Positions 49,978 through 62,092 of a stretch of 64,000 bases of DNA are shown here, in pieces; position 1 is the first letter of the stretch; each line of letters opens with the position of its first letter. The notes beneath the pieces were generated by a model that worked only from the letters and a program-made list of their open reading frames with translations, did not search any database and was not told the origin of the DNA. This DNA comes from Squalus acanthias (lineage: Eukaryota): assembly GCA_030390025.1 (NCBI GenBank), contig JASTWF010000036.1, forward strand, positions 310,001 to 374,000. The letters are read 5' to 3'. The position numbers were made by a program, and so were the translations under genes.

Positions 49978-52464
49978 AGCGAACGGCGATGTAGGATACG
50001 GGGCAGGGGACTTTCGGATAAACTGAAGTAGACGACCATAAGCACAACTTGGGTTCTGAATGATTTCCTGATCAAAAAATAAAAGCAGCTCCCCCCGGAC
50101 AGGTTTAATTCAAAAACAAAACCTCAGGCAGAATACGCTCCAACGCACCGACCACCAGCGCATGCACGCATTCGGTCCCGTGGGTGTCTTCGCGAGCTGG
50201 GCAACGGAGCGGGGCGGCAGTTCTCAGTGAGGCGGGGGAAGCCAATGCTGCAAAGACCACGCTGTCCTGTACATTAACCACATGTGGCTCATTGGGAATC
50301 CGATGTGGATCAGTTGCATTTAGAATCATACAATCTTAGAGCACAGGAGGAGGCCCTTCAGCCCATCATGCCTGTGCCGGCTCTTTGAAAGACTATAGAA
50401 TTCCACAGCACAGAGACAGGCCATTCGGCCCAACTGGTCCGTGCCGGTGTTTATGCTCCACACGAGCCTCCTCCCCACCCCTACTCCATCTCACCCTATC
50501 AGCATATCCTTCTATTCCTTTCTCCCTCGTGTGTTTATCCAGCTTCCCCTGAAAATGCATCTCCGCTATTCGCCTCAACCACTCCCTGTGGTAGCGAGTT
50601 CCACACTCTCACCACTCTCTGAGTGAAGAAGTTTCTCCTGAATTCCCCATTGGATTTATTAGTGACCATCTTATATTGATGGCCCCTAGTTCTGGTCTCT
50701 TGCCCAGCAATGGAAACATCTTCTCTACGTCTACCCGATCGAAACCCCTTCATAATTTTGAAGACCTCTATCAGGTCACCTCTCAGTCTTCTCTTTTCTA
50801 GAGAAAAGAGCCCCAGCCTGTTAAGTCTTTGATCCCCCTAAAGGCAACCATCGACCCTCTCGTTTATCCTCCTCCGCCCCCAAACAGGGTCAGACCCATT
50901 TCACCCAAGGCTGTTAAAGGTCAGGGGTCGCGCTCAAAACACCTCAAAGGAAATCTCACTTCAACGTACATAGGAACAGGAGGTCGTCATTCAGCCTTCT
51001 CGAGCCTGTTACATTAGGAACAGGAGGAGGCCATTCAGCCCCTCGAGCCTGTTACATTAGGAACAGGAGGAGGCCATTCAGCCCCCCTCGAGCCTGTTAC
51101 ATTAGGAACAGGAGGAGGCTATTCAGCCCCTCGAGCCTGTTACATTAGGAACAGGAGGAGGCCATTCAGCCCCCCTCGAGCCTGTTACATTAGGAACAGG
51201 AGGAGGGCATTCAGCCCCCTCGAGCCTGTTACATTAGGAACAGGAGGAGGCCATTCAGCCCCCTCGAGCCTGTTACATTAGGAACAGGAGGAGGCCATTC
51301 AGCCCCCCTCGAGCCTGTTATATTAGGAACAGGAGGAGGGCATTCAGCCCCTCGAGCCTGTTACATTAGGAACAGGAGGAGGCCATTCAGCCCCCCTCGA
51401 GCCTGTTACATTAGGAACAGGAGGAGTCCATTCAGCCCCTCGAGCCTGTTACATTAGGAACAGGAGGAGGCCATTCAGCCCCCCTCGAGCCTGCTACATA
51501 AGGAACAGGAGGAGGCCATTCACCCCCCTCGAGCCTGTTACACTAGGAACAGGAGGAGGCCATTCAGCCCCCTCGAGCCTGTTACATTAGGAACAGGAGG
51601 AGGCCATTCACCCCCCTCGAGCCTGTTACATTAGGAACAGGAGGAGGCCATTCAGCCCCTTCGAGCCTGTTCCACCATTCTATGGCTGATCTGCATCTTA
51701 ACTCCATCTACCTGCTAGTATTTACAGTGCCCGTGTGTCCTGGAGATAGTGATTGATTAACACGGGCCTGTGATATCACTCCTTTAAGCAGGCCTCAAGG
51801 CGATCATTTTACGTTTCCGCTGAAACAGCAGGCAAGGCACTGCTGTACGGGTGTGCTGAGCGTTTATCCGTCAACAGCAGCAGGCCTTTACCGACGGAGT
51901 AATAGAACGGCACGGCACAGCACTGAGGGCGGCCAACCGGCCTCCCCGAAAGAGAGCCACCCAACTAGTCCCGCGACCCTCCGCCCCCCTCCGCCCCGCG
52001 ACCCTCCTCGACCCCGGGATCCTCCGCCCCCCTCGAGCATCCATCCAATTCCCTTTTCGAAAGCCACCACTGAATCGCCCTCCGCCGCTTCCCCCAACCA
52101 GGCATCGCACTCCGGTCGCCGCGCTAAGTCCCACATCCCTGCTTATTGTCCCGAACCCTGTTCAGTTCCTCATCCGCCAATCGGCTGCCGCGCTTCCGAC
52201 ATTACAACAGTGACCGCACTTCAGAAGTATTTCATTGTAAAAAGCGCTTTTGGGACGTCCCGAGGTCGTGAAAGGCTCGACATAAATGCTCGTTCTTTCT
52301 CTCTCTGCTGGTGCCAAGTCCTCCCACACCAGAATCACATTCCTGCATCAGCCCGTGAACTTAAATTCACCAAACAATCGCCGACAGCGGATTAAGTATT
52401 TCTCACTTTCATTCAGTCTTTCCAATCCGAGAACGTCCACCACGCAAGAATGCACCCGACGTGG

Positions 52465-52486
52465 AGACAGAGAGAGAGAGAGAGAC

Positions 52487-52517
<31 letters not shown>

Positions 52518-52585
52518 CACACAGAGAGAGAGAGAGACACACAGAGAGAGAGAGAGAGACAGAGAGAGAGAGAGACACACAGAGA

Positions 52586-52681
<96 letters not shown>

Positions 52682-53248
52682 CAGAGAGAGAGAGAGAGAC
52701 AGAGAGAGAGAGAGAGACAGAGAGAGAGAGAGAGACAGAGAGAGAGAGAGACAGAGAGAGAGAGAGACAGAGACAGAGAGAGAGACAGAGAGAGAGACAG
52801 AGAGAGAGACAGAGAGAGAGACAGAGAGAGAGACAGAGAGAGAGACAGAGAGAGAGACAGAGAGAGAGACAGAGAGAGAGACAGAGAGAGAGACAGAGAG
52901 AGAGACAGAGAGAGAGACAGAGAGAGAGACAGAGAGAGAGACAGAGAGAGAGACAGAGAGAGAGACAGAGAGAGAGACAGAGAGAGAGACAGAGAGAGAG
53001 ACAGAGAGAGAGACAGAGAGACAGAGAGAGAGACAGAGAGAGAGACAGAGAGAGAGACAGAGAGAGAGACAGAGAGAGAGACAGAGAGAGAGACAGAGAG
53101 AGAGAGACAGAGAGAGAGAGACAGAGAGAGAGAGAGAGACAGAGAGAGAGAGAGAGACAGACAGAGAGAGAGAGAGACAGAGAGAGAGACAGAGAGAGAG
53201 ACAGAGAGAGAGACAGAGAGAGAGACAGACAGAGAGAGAGAGACAGAC

Positions 53249-53301
<53 letters not shown>

Positions 53302-53310
53302 GACAGACAG

Positions 53311-53343
<33 letters not shown>

Positions 53344-53348
53344 GAGAC

Positions 53349-53385
<37 letters not shown>

Positions 53386-53630
53386 CAGAGAGAGAGAGAG
53401 ACAGACAGAGAGAGAGACAGACAGAGAGAGAGACAGACAGAGAGAGAGACAGACAGAGAGAGAGACAGACAGAGAGAGAGACAGACAGAGAGAGAGACAG
53501 ACAGAGAGAGAGACAGACAGAGAGAGAGACAGACAGAGAGAGAGACAGACAGAGAGAGAGACAGACAGAGAGAGAGACAGACAGAGAGAGAGACAGACAG
53601 AGAGAGAGACAGACAGAGAGAGAGACAGAC

Positions 53631-53693
<63 letters not shown>

Positions 53694-53730
53694 CAGACAG
53701 AGAGAGACAGACAGACAGAGAGAGACAGAC

Positions 53731-53765
<35 letters not shown>

Positions 53766-53858
53766 CAGACAGACAGAGAGACAGACAGACAGACAGAGAG
53801 ACAGACAGAGAGAGAGACAGACAGACAGAGAGACAGACAGACAGAGAGACAGACAGAC

Positions 53859-53889
<31 letters not shown>

Positions 53890-53894
53890 CAGAC

Positions 53895-53925
<31 letters not shown>

Positions 53926-54726
53926 CAGACAGACAGAGAGACAGAGAGACAGACAGACAGAGAGACAGACAGACAGACAGAGAGACAGACAGACAGACAG
54001 AGAGAGAGACAGACAGAGAGAGAGACAGACAGAGAGAGAGACAGACAGAGAGAGAGACAGACAGAGAGAGAGACAGACAGAGAGAGAGACAGACAGAGAG
54101 AGAGACAGACAGAGAGAGAGACAGACAGAGAGAGAGACAGACAGAGAGAGAGACAGACAGAGAGAGAGACAGACAGAGAGAGAGACAGACAGAGAGAGAG
54201 ACAGACAGAGAGAGAGACAGACAGAGAGAGAGACAGACAGAGAGAGAGACAGACAGAGAGAGAGACAGACAGAGAGAGAGACAGACAGAGAGAGAGACAG
54301 ACAGAGAGAGAGACAGACAGAGAGAGAGACAGACAGAGAGAGAGACAGACAGAGAGAGAGACAGACAGAGAGAGAGACAGACAGAGAGAGAGACAGACAG
54401 AGAGAGAGACAGACAGAGAGAGAGACAGACAGAGAGAGAGACAGACAGAGAGAGAGACAGACAGAGAGAGAGACAGACAGAGAGAGAGACAGACAGAGAG
54501 AGAGACAGACAGAGAGAGAGACAGACAGAGAGAGAGACAGACAGAGAGAGAGACAGACAGAGAGAGAGACAGACAGAGAGAGAGACAGACAGAGAGAGAG
54601 ACAGACAGAGAGAGAGACAGACAGAGAGAGAGACAGACAGAGAGAGAGACAGACAGAGAGAGAGACAGACAGACAGAGAGACAGACAGAGAGAGAGACAG
54701 ACAGAGAGAGAGACAGACAGAGAGAG

Positions 54727-54757
<31 letters not shown>

Positions 54758-54788
54758 GACAGACAGAGAGACAGACAGAGAGACAGAC
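52465..54788 (+). repeat. Compound (AG)n/(AGAC)n microsatellite, ~2.3 kb
   Basis: Only A, G and C on the plus strand; 12 nt and 16 nt higher-order periods. Confidence 0.98.
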
Positions 54789-54964
54789 ACTCGTACAACT
54801 TCACTCATCAAAACAGCCTCCGTGCAGACCGCACTGTCAGTTTTAATACCATCTATCTTCCTCCGCACTCAAAAAAGACTCCTTCACAATTCCTCCCATC
54901 CAAAACAAAAAGGGATTCCCTTCCTTCAGTCTGCCAAAACACGTTCCAGACAGACAACCAGACC

Positions 54965-55300
54965 AGAGATGAGACGTTAAACCCAGGCACCCCCCATCTG
55001 TGCTCTCTCGGCTGGACGTAAAAGATCCCACGGCCACTATTTCGAAGAGGAGCAGTGGGGGGGGGTGGCGGAAGAGTTCTCCCCCTGTGCCCTGGGGCTA
55101 ATATTTATCCCTCAATCAACAGAAACAGATGATCCGGTCATTTATCACATTGCTGTTTGTGGGAGCTTGCTGGGTGCAAATTGGCTGCCGCGTTTCCTAC
55201 ATTACAACAGCGACTACACTTCCAAAAAAAGCACCTTCTTGGCTTGTAAAGCGCTTTGGGACGTCCTGAGGTGGTGAAAGGCGCTGGAGAAATGAGAGTT
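54965..55300 (+). mobile_element. DeuSINE 3' half (no array)
   Basis: gatgagacgttaaacc...aaagatcccacggcc...aaagcgctttgggacgtcctgagg. Confidence 0.85.
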
Positions 55301-55447
55301 CTTTTTTTTTCTCCTTTTAATACGCATATCGACAGAGGTAACATAATATGACCCAATCACCCGGTGCTTCCGGCAATCGCCCAACCCGATCAAACTCTTG
55401 CATCCTTCCCCCGCTGAAATAAAAGGGGCCCCTAACAATAACTCCCA

Positions 55448-56710
55448 TTTACACAGCGCCTTTAACGTAGTAAAACGTCCCAGGGCGCTTCACAGGAGCG
55501 TAAATCAAACAAAAATCTGACCCCGAGCCACATAAGGAGATATTAGGCCAGGTGACCAAAAGAGGTAGGTTTTAAGAAGCGTCTTAAAGGAGGAGAGAGG
55601 CAGAGGTGTTTCGGGAGGGAATTCAGAGCTTAGGGGCCAGGCAGCTGAAGGCACGGCCGCCAATGGCCGGGCGAAGGGAGTAGGGCTGATTACACAAGAG
55701 GTCAGAATTGTAGGAACGCAGAGATAGGGAGGGTTGTAGGGGGCTGGAGGAGGTTACAGGATCTCGAAGGGTTGTAGGGGGCTGGAGGAGGTTACAGAGA
55801 TAGGGAGGGTTGTAGGGGGCTGGAGGAGGTTACAGAGATAGGGAGAGTTGTAGGGGGCTGGAGGAGGTTACAGAGATAGGGAGGGTTGTAGGGGCTAGAG
55901 GAGGTTAGAGATAGGAGGGGTTGTAGGGGGCTGGAGGAGGTTACAGAGATAGGGAGGGTTGTAGGGGGCTGGAGGTGGTTACAGAGATAGGGAGGGTTGT
56001 AAGGGCTGGAGGAGGTTACAGAGATAGGGAGGGTTGAAGGGGCTAGAGGAGGTTAGAGATAGGGGGGGTTGTAGGGGGCTGGAGGAGGTTACAGAGATAG
56101 GGAGGGTTGTAGGGGGCTGGAGGTGGTTACAGAGATAGGGAGGGTTGTAAGGGCTGGAGGAGGTTACAGAGATCTGGGAGGGTTGTAGGCGTCTGGAGGA
56201 GGTTACACAGATAGGGAGCGTTAAGGGCTGGAGGAGGTTACAGAGATAGGGAGGGTTGTGGGGGGCTGGAGGAGGTTTCAGAGATAGGGAGGGTTGTAGG
56301 GGACTGGAGGAGGTTTCAGAGATAGGGAGGGTTGTAGGGGGCTGGAGGAGGTTACAGAGATAGGGAGGGTTGTAGGGGGCTGGAGGAGGTTACAGAGATA
56401 GGGAGGGTTGTAGGGGGCTGGAGGAGGTTACAGAGATAGGGAGGGTTGTAGGGGGCTGGAGGAGGTTACAGAGATAGGGAGGGTTGTAGGGGGCTGGAGG
56501 AGGTTACAGAGATAGGGAGGGTTGTAGGGGGCTGGAGGAGGTTACAGAGATAGGGAGGGTTGTAGGGGCTGGAGGGGGTTACAGCGATAGGGAGGGTTGT
56601 CGGGGGCTGGAGGAGGTTACAGAGATAGGGAGGGTTGTCGGGGGCTGGAGGAGGTTACGAGTGGACCGAGGCCATGAAGGGATACAAACACAAGGATCAG
56701 AATTTTGAAA
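55448..56710 (-). repeat. L2-like 3' fragment with 36-38 bp array (~55720-56660)
   Basis: FKILILVFVSLHGL precedes the array on the minus strand and the L2-like tail follows. Confidence 0.9.
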
Positions 56711-56804
56711 TAAACCCTCAAGTCCTCGAAACATCCAAATCGAAGGCTCTGGTACACTATTCTCTTCTTGTTTGGAGAACGCCGCCTCTGTACAGCGGTA
56801 TTCT

Positions 56805-57455
56805 CATCAGTTAAAGTTTCAGGCCGAGGCCCCTTCGTCAGGTCATCGACCTGCAACGTTAACTCTGCTACGATAGCAAAATACTGCGGATGCTGGAAAT
56901 CCGAAGTAACAACAGAAAACGCTGGAAAAACTCAGCAGGCCAGGCAGCATCCGTGGAGAGAGAAAGAGAGTTAACGTTTCAGGTCGATGACCTTTCATCA
57001 GAACTGGGAAGAGCCGGAAATCAAATAGATTTAAGGCCAGGGTAAAGCTGGGAAAAGGGGGAGGGGATAAAGGAACAAAGGTGGAGATGAAGAGACATTA
57101 AGAGATATGCAAGGCTAGAGGTGGTGTTAATGTGACAGATTAAGGCTGAATGAAGTGTGAAATCCACTGGCAGAATGAAGGACAGCTGCCAGCTTCTAGG
57201 AGGAAAAAAAAAGGGTGGGGGGGACAAATAAAAGGGTGGATAAAATAAAATATAAATGTGATTGGAGCTGAGGTTATGATCTAAAATTGTTGAACTCGAT
57301 ATTGAGTCCAGAGGGCTGTAGCGTGCCTGAACGAAAGATGAGGTGCTGTTCCTCTGCTTCTCTCTCCGCAGACGCTGCCCGAGCTGCTGCGCGTTTCCAC
57401 CACTTTCTGCTTTGGTTTCAGATTTCCAGCATCCGCAGTATTTTGCTTTTGTCTC
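56805..57455 (-). mobile_element. Penelope-like (P2) 3' fragment with flanking inverted pseudo-LTR pieces
   Basis: 56869-57352 is a near-identical reverse complement of ~21165-21654; 57355-57455 is a related tail on the plus strand. Confidence 0.85.
56969..57005 (-). ncRNA. Minimal hammerhead ribozyme motif
   Basis: Reverse complement reads AGTT CTGATGA a AGGTC atc GACCT GAAAC GTT AACT. Confidence 0.72.
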
Positions 57456-58109
57456 TTTATTGGTGTCAGCTGTGGCTCAGTGGGTAGCACTCTCCCTCAA
57501 CTCTTGATTTATTTTTTTGAAGTGCAGCTGTGTCCCTGCTGAACTGGTTCCACTGGTTTATTTCCAGCCACGCTGGCTTTGAGCGAGCGGCTGCTGCTGC
57601 TGCTTCACTTGCTGTCCGGTGACTGGTTCTACCGGTTTTCGGCTTTGCTGGTCGCTGGCTTGTGGTTTTTGCCGCTTGGATCTACGGTGACCCCCCCTCC
57701 CCCCTAAACTTGCGTCGATTGCGCCATCATCTTCCGGCACCGGCTGCCGACTCTCATTCCTACGGCAACGACCCCCATCCTCGATCGCTCGACCCCTTCT
57801 AATCGCTTCTCGACTTGGCTCGCCTGCTTTGGACAGCGGTTCGTCGATGCTCTGTGCTTGGTCCCTCCATGGGACCTCTGACTTTGAGCCGCCTGGTCTC
57901 CCGACTACTGGCCCCAACCTATTTCCCTGCTACCAGGAAATATGTATTCCCATTAATTACTACATTTGAGAAATAGGAGCAGGAGCAGGAGTCGGCCATT
58001 CGGCCCCTCGAGCCTGCTCCGCCATTCAATAAGATCATGGCTGATCTTCGACCTCAACTCCACTTTCCCGCACTATCCCTTGATTCCCTTAATATCCAAA
58101 AATCTATCG

Positions 58110-58860
58110 CTCTCTGTCTCTAAATTGTCAGACTGCTTGTCCAACATCCGGTTCTGCATGAGCAGAAATTTTCTCCAATTAAATATTGGGAAGACCGAAG
58201 CCATTGTTTTCGGTCCCCGCCACAAACTCCGTTCCCTAGCCACTGACTCCATCCCTCTCGCGAACATCTGTCTGAGGCTGAACCACACTGTTCGCAACCT
58301 TGGTGTCATACTTGACCCAGAAATGAGCTTCCGAACACATAGCCGCGGCATAACTAAGACCGCCTACTTCCACCTCCGTAACATCGCCCCGTCTCCGCCC
58401 CTTGCCTCAGCTCATCCGCTGCTGAAACCCTCATCCATGACTTCTGTTGCCCCTAGACTTGACTATTCCAACGCACTCCTGGCCAGCCTCCCACGTTCTA
58501 CCCTACGTAAACTTGAGGTCATCCAAAACTCGGCTGCCCATGTCCTAACTCGCACCAAGTGCGCTCCTCTAATTCTGCCCTCTTGAGCATCCCTGATTAT
58601 AAATCGCTCAACTATTGGTGGCCGTGCCTTCAGCTGCCTAGGCCCTAAGCGCTGGAATTCCCTCCCTCAACCTCTCCGCCTCTCTCTCCTCCTTTAAGAC
58701 ACTCCTTAAAACCTCCCTCTTTGACCAAGCTACTGGTCACCTGCCCTAATATCTCCTTATGTGGCTAGGTGTCAAATTTTGTCTGATTTATGTTCCTGTG
58801 AAGCACCTTGGGACGTTTTACTACGTTAAAGGCGCTATATCAATATAAGTTGTTGTTGTG
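58110..58860 (+). mobile_element. L2-like LINE 3' fragment
   Basis: MSRNFLQLNIGKTEAIVFG...VRNLGVILD...RLDYSNALL; tail ends (ttg)n. Confidence 0.9.
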
Positions 58861-60100
58861 GAGTCAGAAGGTTGTGGGTTCAAGTCCCATTCCAGAGACT
58901 TCAGCTCAAAAATCTAGATTGACACTCCCAGTGCAGTACTGAGGGAGCGCCGCACTGTCGGAGGGGCAGTACTGAGGGAGCGCCGCACTGTCGGAGGGGC
59001 AGTACTGAGGGAGCGCCGCACTGTCGGAGGGGCAGTACTGAGGGAGCGCCGCACTGTCGGATGGAGCAGTACTGAGGGAGCGCCGCACTGTCGGAGGGGC
59101 AGTACTGAGGGAGCGCCGCACTGTCGGAGGGGCAGTACTGAGGGAGCGCCGCACTGTCGGAGGGGCAGTACTGAGGGAGCGCCGCACTGTCAGAGGGGCA
59201 GTACTGAGGGAGCGCCGCACTGTCGGAGGGGCAGTACTGAGGGAGCGCCGCACTGTCGGAGGGGCAGTACTGAGGGAGTGTCGCACTGTCGGAGGGGCAG
59301 TACTGAGGGAGTGTCGCACTGTCGGAGGGGCAGTACTGAGGGAGTGTCGCACTGTCGGAGGGGCGATGCTGAGGGAGCGCCGCTGCTGAGGGAACGCGCC
59401 GCACTGTCGGAGGGGCAGTACTGAGGGAGCGCCGCACTGTCGGAGGGGCGGTACTGAGGGAGCGCCGCACTGTCGGAGGGGCGGTACTGAGGGAGCGCCG
59501 CACTGTCGGAGGGGCGGTACTGAGGGAGCGCCGCACTGTCGGAGGGGCGGTACTGAGGGAGCACCGCACTGTCGGAGGGGCGGTACTGAGGGAGCGCCGC
59601 ACTGTCGGAGGGGCAGTACTGAGGGAGTGCCGCACTGTCGGAGGGGCGGTACTGAGGGAGCGCCGCACTGTCGGAGGGGCGGTACTGAGGGAGCGCCGCA
59701 CTGTCGGAGGGGCGGTACTGAGGGAGCGCCGCACTGTCGGAGGGGCGGTACTGAGGGAGCGCCGCACTGTCGGAGGGGCCGTCTTTCGGGTGAGACGTTA
59801 AACCGAGGCCCCGTCTGCTCTCTCAGGTGGACGTAAAAGATCCCACGGCCACTATTTCTAAGAAGAGCAGGGGAATTCTCTCCGGTGTCCAAGGGCCAAT
59901 ATTTATCCCTCGATCAACATCACTAAAACAGATGATCTGGTCATTATCACACTGCTGTTTGAGGGAGCTTGCTGTGCGCAAATTGGCTGCTGCGTTTCCT
60001 ACATTAAAACAATGACTGCACTTGAAAAGCACTTCATAAGCAGTGAAGCGCTTTGGGACGTCCTGAGGTGGTGAATATCGCTGTAGAAATGAGAGTCTTC
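58861..60100 (+). mobile_element. DeuSINE with 33 bp array (~58935-59778)
   Basis: gagtcagaaggttgtgggttcaagtccc B-box region, array, complete body and tail. Confidence 0.92.
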
Positions 60101-60309
60101 CCTATTGTTATTTAACCAGACACAAATCGGCACCCAGAGCCATCCCTCGTTGCTTCATTCAATCGCCCGGGAGCGCAAACATGCGGGGACCGGCTCTGCG
60201 GGTGTCATTTCTAGCAGCAGAAAACCGTAATCCAGCCGCAAATTCGCAGTTTCACGGATCGAATGCGCTCCGCGCTGCCGTCACCACCGAAGTCCGCGAG
60301 CAGACGTAC

Positions 60310-60447
60310 CTCTGCAGTGGGGTCCTTCATCGTAGCCGTCAGAACAGTCGCGTTTCCCATCGCACAGCTTGCTCATATGAATGCATAGTTCTGTCCCCAG
60401 GCACTGGTATTCATTCACAGCACATTTAAACGCCTTCTGATGGGGAC
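60310..60447 (-). CDS. LRP1: LRP1 coding exon (human exon 3 equivalent): second LDL-receptor class A repeat
   Basis: Translates (C)[45 protein letters not shown], matching LRP1 CLGTELC...DCxDGxDEGPHCR. Acceptor ttttgtcccag, donor gtacgt, 138 bp, phase 1-1. Confidence 0.95.
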
Positions 60448-60612
60448 CTGGGACAAAAGCAATAAATAAATTCGATGCATCATTTTGATCAAACTCTACA
60501 GCCACACTTAAAAATCACATGCCTACATACAATCTACATACAATTGCCACATGTTGGGCATCAGGGAGAGTTAAAGGATTAACAGACGAACATCTTCGTA
60601 TCATAGCAATAT

Positions 60613-61475
60613 AGGAACAGGAGGAGGCCATTCAGCCCCCTCGAGCCTGTTACATTAGGAACAGGAGGAGGCCATTCAGCCCAGTCGAGCCAGTTACATT
60701 AGGAACAGGAGGAGGCCATTCAGCCCCTCGAGCCAGTTACATTAGGAACAGGAGGAGGCCATTCAGCCCCCCTCGAGCCTGTTACATTAGGAACAGGAGG
60801 AGGCCATTCAGCCCCTCGAGCCTGTTACATTAGGAACAGGAGGAGGCCATTCAGCCCCCCTCGAGCCTGTTACATTAGGAACAGGAGGAGGCCATTCAGC
60901 TCCCCTCGAGCCTGTTACATTAGGAACAGGAGGAGGCCGTTCAGCCCCTCGAGCCAGTTACATTAGGAACAGGAGGAGGCCGTTCAGCCCCTCGAGCCAG
61001 TTCCGCCATTCAATGAGATCATGGCTGATCTGCGACCCAACTCCAAATACCCGCCTTTGCCCCGTATCCCTTAATACCCTTTGGTTAACAGAAATCCATC
61101 AATCTCAGATTTAAAATTAACAATTGACCCCCAGCATCAATTGCCATTTGTGGAAGAGAGTTCAAAACTTCTACCACCCTTTGTGTGTAGAAGTGTTTCC
61201 TAACTTCACTCCTGAAAGGTCTGACTAATTTTTAGACTCTGCCCCCTAGTCCCAGACTCCCCAACCAGCGGAAATAGTTTCTCTCTCTCTACCCTATCTG
61301 TTGCCCTTAATATCTTGAAAACTTTGATCAGATCACCCCTTAACCTTCTAAATTCCAGGGAATACAACCCTAGTATGTGTAATCTCTCCTCGTAATTTAA
61401 CCCTTGGAGTCCGGGTATCATTCTGGTAATTCTACGCTGTACCCCCCCGCCCCCAAGACCAATATATCCTTCCTA
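60613..61475 (-). mobile_element. CR1-like 3' fragment ending in ~9 tandem tail units (60613-61005)
   Basis: MIPGLQGLNYEERLHILGLYSLEFRRLRGDLI and 3' UTR running into the array. Confidence 0.9.
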
Positions 61476-61490
61476 AAAAAGACATTCCAA

Positions 61491-62092
61491 TGTGAAGAGG
61501 ATGGCTTTGAAGTGTCGTGAGCGGAAAGCACAGCTTGTCTTCTTATGCGAAAAGCGCTTGTGCAAGGAAATAAGTGACAGTAAATGACGTCAGCCATGAG
61601 TGATTAAAGTGTAACTTTAGTGGTTAGGGTAATAAACATAGGTAGAGGGATCCACTAACTATAGGATAGAAAGACAACGGTTAACACAGCCTGTTCATCA
61701 AAGAGGTTAAGAACAGTTAGGTCAGGAAGTCTTGCTTCAGGGAAGTAGCTTCAAAGTAAAACTACTACAACCGTTCACTTGAATAGACTGTCCTCAAAGG
61801 ATTTGGGAACAGATACGTCAGGAGGGCTTATCTGTGACATGTACCTTTGATGTAGGTGTATAAAGAAGCAGGGTTTGCAACAGACCTTCACAGGGCTCGA
61901 AAGATACAGAAACCAAAAAAGCCACTCTCTGATCCGGGTTGAGTTGATCCCACACCCTAGGTACCAATAAAGTCTGTTCCGTATACAACACTACCGAGTG
62001 TTTCGTGCTTACTCGCTGTGATCCAGAGAAGGAAGGAGGTTAACTGCTAACATTGTCTACATCATTGACAGCTAACATTGTCTACATCGTCA
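61491..62092 (+). mobile_element. Candidate solo LTR
   Basis: Begins TG; TGACGTCA at 61585, TATAAA at ~61859, AATAAA at ~61966; possible CA ends at 62052 or 62092; no clean TSD. Confidence 0.35.

Noticed and set aside
49443..50075. ORFs spanning the N run
   Set aside because: Artefacts of translating the gap.
52286..55021. 800-900 aa ORFs (RERQ/SLSV-rich) on both strands
   Set aside because: Translations of a microsatellite that cannot contain stop codons in these frames; no coding signal.
21879..60447. LRP1B as alternative identity
   Set aside because: [24 protein letters not shown] and CLGTELC...EGPHCR match LRP1 as I recall the paralogues; reciprocal BLAST would settle it.
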